DNA of 63,191 nt, counting the filler, from Choristocarpus tenellus KU-1152 (Eukaryota; Protista; Phaeophyceae), in the NCBI GenBank assembly GCA_964200185.2. It is 9 parts of 9 records of this genome, joined end to end, with 100 filler letters (N's around TTAATTAATTAA, not from the genome) between each part and the next. Parts side by side here need not be neighbours in the genome. Positions count along the whole stretch, not along the records: positions 52,031 to 56,065 come from CAXNAD020016558.1; positions 56,166 to 60,304 come from CAXNAD020016019.1; positions 60,405 to 63,191 come from CAXNAD020024760.1; 6 more parts are not named here. The stretch is one strand, 5' to 3'. A model generated the notes under the pieces. It was given only the letters and a program-made list of their open reading frames with translations. It had not been told where the DNA came from and made no database searches. Of the stretch, positions 54,406 to 63,191 are shown one piece after another (the stretch's first letter is position 1; every line of letters begins with the position of its first letter). Made by a program: the position numbers and the translations under genes.

Positions 54406-57400
54406 TTTTCTCAACAAAGAGGTCAAGCGTTGGCTGCTGAATCTTGACTATCCTCTAATAATGACCTTCTCTACTGTCCTTGACTGCTAAACATAATAGT
54501 ACCAATCTTATGTACTGCAACATACAAGTCACCTTATTGGCAATAATATTTCTTTCCAAATCTGAAAGAGTTGTGCCCCCATTCCCCTCGCTGAATCTCT
54601 TTCGGCTATTATTCTGAAAGCGAGGTGAGGCTTCTGAAATGACTCAGGCGATAGCTTTTGCAGGGGCTGAGTGCCGTTTTATTCATTAGCCGATCTTTTC
54701 CTGACACGTGAGACTTCGAAATTATTGTCCCTCTGTGCCCGTGTAGGTACATTCAGTTCGGCACCAATAGCAATAATACCAGTGTGGTGGAACATACAAA
54801 CTAGACAAATTTGACCAATTAAAAACACGAATATTTTTGAATCACTGCCAGGTGTCTTTAATTGAACTTGTGCCTATATGCACTTGGTATTTCTTTTATG
54901 TTATTTATTTTGGCAACAGTTTCAATCATCAAACGCCTGGTACACCCATCTTTTATCAATCTTGGCAGTGTGAGAAACAAAAAATATTGACAATACAGGG
55001 TGCAATGGAAATTCAACAAGTTTAGATCGTGGAATTTGCCAAGAAAAATATTAAAAATATTGGGGATTCTTTTGCGTGAAAGAAGGTAATGTAAGAGACC
55101 ATCGACTGAGAAAGTAAATGCGATCAAATCGGTTCCATAGAACGGTTCAAGACCGGCGACTGATGTGTTTTCAACACAAGGAAAAGTTCTACGAGAAGAT
55201 GAGCTTTGTAAGTAGGGACCTGGAAACTCGTATCCAACTGGCGACAGAAAATAATGGTGAAAAGTGGTCAATGGGTTAGGCAGTTCGCATAGAACAGCAA
55301 CACTTATTTGTTGCTGAGGGTGGCCCTCCCCGGTGGACCAGCTCGCTCCTCTTGTTACTTCTTTCCACTCTAACAAGTACACAAAATCAATAGTACCAGT
55401 ACTTGCGTACAATCTGGCACTCACAGATCCTGGAAACGACAGCTTCTTTTGCAGGCAAAGTGGCAATGAAAGTAACGCAATTCATCCAAGGGGTACACAC
55501 AGCCCATCCAACTGGAGCAGCAGCCTTTACAACTTGTGATATCGACGTTTTAGATGCTAAACACAAACGAGACTGGAAGTAGGGTTTAGGAGATACATCA
55601 TTTGCATTCGTACTATATACTATAGCACATACGAGGGCTCATCAGCTCATCAAGTATAGAATGGACCATCCAATAATGGGACCATCAAAAATCTTCGTAC
55701 GTGATCAAAAATGAAGCAATGTGAACAGCCTTGGGAAGATAACCACACAAATGGTGGCAAGCAAAACAAATATGAAACAAGAAGATCACTCAAACTGACA
55801 ATCGATTGCTCCAAACAAGGACCAACTACATGGAGAGCTCACAAAAAACTCTCCCAAGAAGTCGGTGGCATCACCGTATCATTCAAATAATATATTATGG
55901 TGTGGGGGTGGTTCTTCTGCTACATTTCCATGGTTCATGAAAAGTACTATACCTGCAATTAAAAAAATCTTCAGTAGTAGGGTCTATTTTTCTTCTGTCT
56001 CTAACTCTACCACCCCCCCCCCCACCCCGACAAACACACACGCAAAATAAAAACATAAAAGACCCNNNNNNNNNNNNNNNNNNNNNNNNNNNNNNNNNNN
56101 NNNNNNNNNTTAATTAATTAANNNNNNNNNNNNNNNNNNNNNNNNNNNNNNNNNNNNNNNNNNNNGCGTGCCAGAATTACACGAAAATAACAGACATTAA
56201 ATCTAAAAATATATACGAAGTACAAGCTTTTCATGTATGTATAGAATGAAACATGTGTTCGTTCTTCTTTGTGGACTTGGTTGGTTAGTTTTTTGGTGGA
56301 TGCGACCTATCTATCCCTTTCTTGTACAAACAACATAACCCTCCAACAGATATTTATAACTAGTAGAAGAAGACGTATGTATGTATGTATTGTATACATA
56401 CAATATGTAGTGTACCATACATATAAGCATACCAAAACCGGCTTGTGGTCAAACGATCACCCCTTTTTACCTCCAGTCTTTATCTTTTATCTTGAACGAA
56501 GCTTTGAGTCGACCTTTGAGCTAAGCACTGAGTGGAATATCAAGAAGAGAAGGACACCTGACACCCTACAAACTGTTATCAAGGGCAGCGCCCCTATAGC
56601 GTCGTTTTAAGGTCGTTGGATTTGAGTTGTACATCCTGTGGAGGTGAGTTCTGAGGGGCAAGCTGTACCAGGACTACCTTGCCAGAACAGGACGTCCATG
56701 CACGATGAGGTATCAAAAACTTCACTGCCACACCAAGAGGGTGTCAACAGTTTAATGGCAACCCCCGCACCGATGCTTCAACCTGTTCTAACCCAGAACT
56801 CCTCGCCTGCTGTCTGTGGTGCTGCAAACAAACAACCTGCTTCAATTCCTGCGAAATACGGACCTCGTTCATTCCAAAAAGCAATGCATCAAATCCCTTC
56901 GACCAGTCACATCCGTTCCCCAGCCTGTGCTTCGATCCCCACTTCCTCTAGTCACAGCTAGTGCAAGTGATAGAGGTCGACACCATTCGGGCAAAGACAT
57001 AAAGAAATCGCTCAATCCACTGAGAAATGCCCAGGGAAGGGTCGAAATAGACGGAAGGAAACATGGGCTACGGCAGACTGCTCTTTCGTAACAGGGTGCC
57101 CACTAACCGTGGTGAACATGGTTTGAATTTGCCCGTCACCTTGGGGTGGCGTTTCTTGTTTTTTCCATTTTTTCTCTTTGATAGTTAATTTCATTTTGCA
57201 CATACTGATTTTCGTAGTGGAGTTTCTTATCGCCATTAAACAAAATGCAATACTGAATTCCATTTTGTGCAAACAATCAAATAACGAAAGATTTCCAACG
57301 GTTCATTTCCTTGATTATAATCAAGTTCTCAAATAAGAACATGACGTATGAATTGTGGTGTGTTGTGTCATGTTGCAGGCCATACGAGCTGAGAGACCGT

Positions 57401-57599
57401 TATCCATGTTTCAATCCATTATGTGGAAAGAGCACGCCTAATATTCACAACTCTTTGTAAATACTTCACTGTCTATAACCAACGTGCCTCAGTTCATGAC
57501 AAACATGAAGTGCCGTTCACTCGAAAGGTCGAGCTTCCTTCTCCGGCACGGACACCTCTTTCGATAGTTGCCTGCACACAACCTTGTGCGGGTACGCAC

Positions 57600-59700
57600 T
57601 CAAACACATTTTTTTTCCCTTCCTGGCCCAGGGACTGCTCTTGCCATTGGACTTATGGGCAAGGGCGTTTAAGGCCAGCTTGGAAATTTTCTTTGTCCCA
57701 CCTAGAAATTCCTTTTGCCAAGACATTCTCCTTTCCTGATACATGATCTTGCTATCTCAAACACCCCATCTCCGCATCAACCCCCTGCCCTGTTCTCCTA
57801 TCCTCCGCCCCTCTATGCTTTCTAAACCAGTTCATGGCTGACTTATTTTCCCGGGTCCCCCTTTTTCGACCGTCTACCCTCATTCTTTGTCACTAGGAGC
57901 CAAGGATTCCCTTCCAGTCCCAACACTTCCAGTACATTAATATAGAACTATCTCCCTTATTCCTTCTTACAGCACTCAGCTCTACACCCCTCTTCACAAT
58001 CTCTGGGAATTCATATTTTCATTTTCCTATCCCTTCATTGTAGCCCCTTACTGCTGTCAAACATCCGCCAGAGTAAAGTTTATTACTGCCAGGCGAATCA
58101 CAAAGTCATTAAGGGAGCACCCAGGTTCTCTTCGTCCTCTGCTAAACCTCTCTTCACTATATAACTTCGCTAATACACATCTTCTCTAAACTCTTCATCT
58201 ACTCTACAAACTAGGTGCTACATGAAAGTTTCAAGAGGTAGAAAGGGGGGGGAATGAAGCCCACCCTTTGCTAGGATGCAAATGGATAACGTTGTTGAGG
58301 TGGAGGTTCGATAGTTTGCAGATGGGAGGAGGCTTAAATTGTCGACTTCCTCTTTGGTATCTGATGGTATTCGTTTGTTGGGATCTAGGCCGATAGGTCA
58401 GCCAACTGTTTGGCGAGTACAGAAGACTAGAATACCGAGGACTTGGAAGCCAAGTTGAGAGATCGATACGGAAACTATGACGATTGTGTTGTAGGTCAAC
58501 ATATCCCTCTTATCTGACTTGGGGGGGATTCTACTCTCTGCAGCAACATCAACAGTCTTGATAAAACGACTGTGTGGGATTGTCGCAAATTGTGAGTATT
58601 GCGGTGCACTTGTCGTCAAGTCCCACCATCCCGAACTACTACAACCAAACTGTACTTTAAAGCCAACAGTGACAAATTCACTTACTGCTTAGCCAAACTT
58701 GTTGACTCCCGTGTAGATATTTGATGGAAGGCATCCTTCATCTTACTGATAACGAATTTCGCACTCCAAAAGTTCTTCCTCAAATCCAGTATTCTGTGTA
58801 TGATATCAGACAAAGGCTCGAAGTATCTGGGGGTGGTGGTGGTCCTCACCACAGTGCCCATTCGGGCCCTGACCTGGAGAAGTTTACTTACACTATCCAC
58901 ACAACGCATGCAATCAAATCACGTAAACATCTTGACACTGACCCTGAATAAACAGCCGCCACCCCCCCCCAGATACTTTGAGCCAAAATCGTAGCATAAT
59001 GTACTGGACGGACAGCCTCGTAGTCAATACCAAAATTCACATTATCAATAGGGCTCCAACTGTGCTCCCTGGCAGGTAAAGTTCCTGAGTAATGCCCATC
59101 TTAGAGGGTTCCTAGACGACGTCTTCCAGTGACAACCACATGCCTAGTATTATGTGTACTGTTGGGAGACTATAGTGCCCTGCTCTGTGCCACCCCCCCG
59201 ACAACTTTCCTCATCACTACCCCTTCCTTGCTCATTGCACGGCTATCATTCAGGTACCTCTGCCTACCCACCAACTCTCCAGCTTCATTCATATCTAGCG
59301 GTACCTCATTTTCAACCACTGACCGAAGAATATCCAACTGTGTGCGAGCAATCCTCATCCCAAAGTGGTTCATAATCCTTTCCCGATCAAAGTTCTTGGA
59401 CTCCATCTTTTCCCCAGCCTACACACTATTTTCTGCACTCCCCCCCCCACTATCTCTTGATGTATTCTTTCCCCCAAATTTGCCACCTACCTTCAATCCT
59501 GAACTGTTTGACTGGTAACCCCCTCTGGCCTTTGCAACTTCTGCCAAGTCACAAAAAGGTCCCAACACTTCTGGATCTAGCCCATCCCCTCCCCCTACCC
59601 TGTGATCAACCAGTGTAATGACCCCAGTCGATATATCCCTTTTTGTAACAGACGACACTAAGGGAGAGATGACATGTAGTGATCTGGTTGTACTGACCCA
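57600..59700 (-). mobile_element. Decayed Ngaro/DIRS-type retrotransposon pol (RT + RNase H)
   Basis: RT remnants: ILSDIIHRILDLRKNFWSAKFVISKMKDAFHQI and VQFGCSSSGWW. RNase H remnants: INVLEVLG, ENKSAMNWFRK, GLMRRWGV, NVLAKGISRW. Many frameshifts and stops. Boundaries are approximate. Confidence 0.8.
58815..58984. mobile_element. MITE family A copy inserted in the retroelement RT
   Basis: TIRs GGCTCGAAGTATCTGGGGG...CCCCCAGATACTTTGAGCC. Removing the element and one duplicated target restores HYATILSDII. Confidence 0.88.
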
Positions 59701-60280
59701 CCTGGTATGAAGTGCGTCCTTGCCCTCATTTTTTCGTTGCTAGGGATACCATTTCTTCATGTCGTCATTCGAACTGGAGTCCCCCTCCCCTCCTTGAAGT
59801 GGTCTCGACCTGGCAGTAGCTGCTGCGTTTTAAGAGGACACATTCTTTCCCTTTAAGGAATGCAAGACAGGGCCAACAACCCCTCGTTTCCCTGAAGAAG
59901 CTCCCACTCCCCTCTTCTCATCCAGTCTTGGGGACTTGGATACTGACCGGTCTTCACCTCAAGTATTGTCCAATGCCTGGGTCCATGGTCGAGATTCCTG
60001 TGGTTAGAGTGTTGACAGGAAGTTCTCGGACTATCTATTCAAGATTCATATCCAGTTTCAGAGCCTTTGGGGTAGGAGGGGGGGGGTATCCAAACATCTC
60101 GTTCTGGCAGGGCAACGAACATGTGGAGCTCATCCACTGGCACTGACATCTACCTCTCCTAATTTTCTAAGTCCTTCTCTATGCCTTGAAAATAATAGAT
60201 ACTACTTGGAGGTGGGAGACTAGCGTGTGTTCATTGAAGACCAAAAAAAACGTGTAATCTTTCCCTGCGCTACTTGGATG

Positions 60281-60304
60281 GGCTCAAAGTATCTGGGGGG
60301 AGGG
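60281..60304. mobile_element. Family A MITE terminus at a contig end (others at 1-22, ~36264-36288, 63169-63191)
   Basis: GGCTCAAAGTATCTGGGGG / GGTCAAAGTATCTGGGGG and their reverse complements, at or near contig ends. Confidence 0.8.
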
Positions 60305-63191
60305 NNNNNNNNNNNNNNNNNNNNNNNNNNNNNNNNNNNNNNNNNNNNTTAATTAATTAANNNNNNNNNNNNNNNNNNNNNNNNNNNNNNNNNNNNNNNN
60401 NNNNATTTTGGGAAAAATCCATCCTCCATGAAATGATCCATCCGCCATTATCTTGATCCGCTGTTCAAGGCAGATTTTATGCATACTCAACTAAAAACAT
60501 GTTCGGAACGGTGTTAACGGGGGGAGCATAGCAGATTCTCATGCCCTCGAATATTTCGTACATAAATTTAAGAAAACAGGTGCTCCATATACAATGTGTG
60601 CAACCCATGCCACGTACGCAGGTACCCGATTATTCCTTGCTCAGTGTGTGCAAAGATCTTGAACGGGTAGAAACGAGGGTTGGTAGAAGCAACACGGTCA
60701 AAGTCACTGCCATAGGTATCCGAGATAATCTCGATTTCTTCTCTCTTTCATCAAGTTAATGCGCTTGTTTTGGTGGCTAAGATAGTGCCTTTGATCCACG
60801 TTTGCTTCCTCGACCCCATGTCCTGACTAGCAAATTGACTAGGTGCGTCTTCTTTGCATGATCAGATACATGGCAGTGAACTAATGGTTCATGCGTATCT
60901 TGTTGGACTTCTCTGGACTGTCATTTATCACTAGTCGGAATTAAATTCCACCTAAATACAACTACGGAACACTATCAACGACATAAACAAGGACAAGTGT
61001 AGGTACGAGACTCGCAGACCCAACAGCATGCATCACCTGCTGGTTATATATGAACTTAGCCACAATTCATTTCAACTCACTCGATCCTTTTTACTCTGTA
61101 AACCTCACCCAACAAAGCAGTTTTTTAGTATGGACAATACACAGGAAACGTTCAAAACCAGGCCTTGGTTTCAACATCATTACCCCATACTGCTGAACAC
61201 AGACTTTCAACTTACCTCGCCCCTTACTCCATACATATTTACTTACATCACAAAGGAGGCCCAACCTACCTATGTGGTACGATTTAACTCAGGTGATCTA
61301 TCCCAAGATGATTAAACCGATCTTATATGAGTAGAAGATTTTGTCTTGTCTTTCTTTTGTAGAACCCTATTGAAAATGTATCTGTTTGACTATCTATTAC
61401 TAAAAACTACCCAATATTATTTTCAATACTATTTATTATTTACATATGTGATGAGGTGATCATGTTTCATTTTGAATTCTGCCATATGGTAGTTGTTTGT
61501 ATTGTGTATGTTGCTGAAAATGTCACTAATGAACTTAACGATGTACCTCACGTAGTTGTAGAGTGTACAACAGATGGGAATGCGAGGGAGAAATATATGT
61601 CAAGACGCCTGATACCAGATACAGGAGTAATCTTCACCACGTAGTCATATTACAAGTTTGTGTGGAGTTCAGTTGATTGATTGAGGTTGGACAGGGCTAT
61701 TCAACCATTAATAAAACAAATGTATTATAGAAATACATTAGATCTTTATGGTATACATATACATCACAAAATTAATCAATAAAAATAAACCACATTTTGG
61801 GTGGACCAAAGATAAGAAAGATTACAACAAATAAATGATTGAAATATGTAACGTCAACTAAGTCATCAGTTTTGATACTACTTCTCTAATAGTGAGAATA
61901 CGGTACATATGTGTGTGTGTGTGTTACAATATTATTAAACTTTTCCCTGTTAATAGTTGCATATCACTACGAACTACAAATTAAAGTTACTATTTTAGAA
62001 CTCTGACTTTTGACTAGTTTTTCATTAGTTTTTCCCATGACACATCTCCAAAATGTGAGAGCAAAATTATAAAATTAATGATATCAACTTTTTTCTTTTG
62101 AAATTTTGTATTCTTTCAGTATGAGGATACCATACAACATACTTACTCTCTCTGTAAGTACTGCGACCAATTGTTTCACTACAACTACTTGTACTGCCTT
62201 CACTGATGCCTTGTTTCTCTACTGGATTGGGTTCAGCCATCCCACTCTGAGCCAAATCAATTGAGAGGTAGGTAGGATTGTATTTGAAGGATATAGAGAA
62301 AAGACAAAAATGACACCAATTTCTCAATTGCAGAAGAGTCTTTGCTTAATCGTGATATCACTTTCTGTGTGGAAAGGGGGAATATCAATTTTGCACACAC
62401 TATTATGCAAATAAAGCAAAGAATTAGAGTGTATTGCACAGGGTAAGAAAAATAACTTAAAACTCAAAAGGGTCCAAACCTGCCCACCTCTTAATTGGTT
62501 TGCCTCTCATTATCTACTTTTGTGCTGGACCCTCCTATCATCGCCCTACAATGAAGCTTAATCACTTCGTTTTCAGGTTTCCCATGGTTTGCGGATAGGA
62601 TAGTTACAGTAATGTGTGCAATTTGTAGTGCTTACTGCATGGACCTAAAAGAATCGAAACGAGATCCCCCTGAAAGTCGAGGGGATTTGAATCATAAAAC
62701 TAATTTGATGAACAATATCCATTTAACTAAGACCTAAATGACTCCCGTAAATTAGTGGTGGTTCCAGCATCAACGACTGCTAATATTAGTCCAAGGAGGA
62801 ACATGCATCCACTCACAGTCACGCCTTAGAGATATCAGGTAATTCCTGTTCACCCCCACCAGCTACATATAAATACTATCACCATCCGTACATAAGGCCT
62901 AGACCCCACTTCCCAACCCAATATCCTCAACAGACAGTCTCATGCATGTTTCGTGACTGATCACTCTCGTGCAGCGAGCTGCGGTTGTGTTGACCTCCCT
63001 AGTATGGCAGGTGTCCATGAAGTGTTTGGCTCCATACTTTATACGCCTGTACCATCTGTTAGGTAATCCGCAACCCCAATTTCTACCTGGGATCCTGAGG
63101 GTCATCTTGGACGTGTCGCCACCAGAGTCATACAAACCAAGAGAGCATGCAAGGTGCTTACATTACAAGGTCAAAGTATCTGGGGGGGGGT

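Noticed and set aside
56638-57091. Plus-strand ORFs as the tyrosine recombinase or gag of the adjacent retroelement
   Set aside because: Opposite strand, low-complexity and no R-H-R-Y motifs.
17701-60404. Eight TTAATTAATTAA motifs flanked by Ns as a biological repeat
   Set aside because: Identical 100-nt six-frame-stop linkers used to concatenate contigs; an artefact.
60405-63168. Coding potential in the last contig (60541..60759, 62067..62327, 62899..63135)
   Set aside because: Short, unlinked fragments with no recognisable family or consistent splice model.

Overview
Eukaryotic nuclear DNA, most likely from a brown alga or a related photosynthetic stramenopile. The evidence is GT-AG introns, TTAGGG tracts, a bipartite signal+'F' plastid-targeting presequence and an Ngaro/DIRS-type retroelement. 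The window is not contiguous: nine contigs are joined by eight artificial 100-nt linkers (N44-TTAATTAATTAA-N44), so neighbourhoods across linkers mean nothing. Hand-spliced genes: an RCC1-repeat + IPT/TIG protein; a UBL + unknown domain + HhH-like protein; an SCI1-like protein; a large Sec16 homologue; FAN/NSMAF-like PH-BEACH exons; an ACBP-domain protein; a plastid-targeted unknown protein; and the C-terminus of exportin-T. Repeats include an abundant MITE family (AAAGTATCT+poly-G TIRs, probably 4-bp TSD), a decayed Ngaro/DIRS RT-RNase H, dense short interstitial telomeric tracts and mini/microsatellites. The most unusual signal is an AT-rich, bacterial-looking segment inside a Sec16 intron: a sigma70-like promoter, the 5' half of a tRNA-Ile broken at the anticodon, and a decayed ORF. 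I found no CRISPR array, operon or clearly new multi-gene system. All family assignments come from motif recognition by eye, not database searches.
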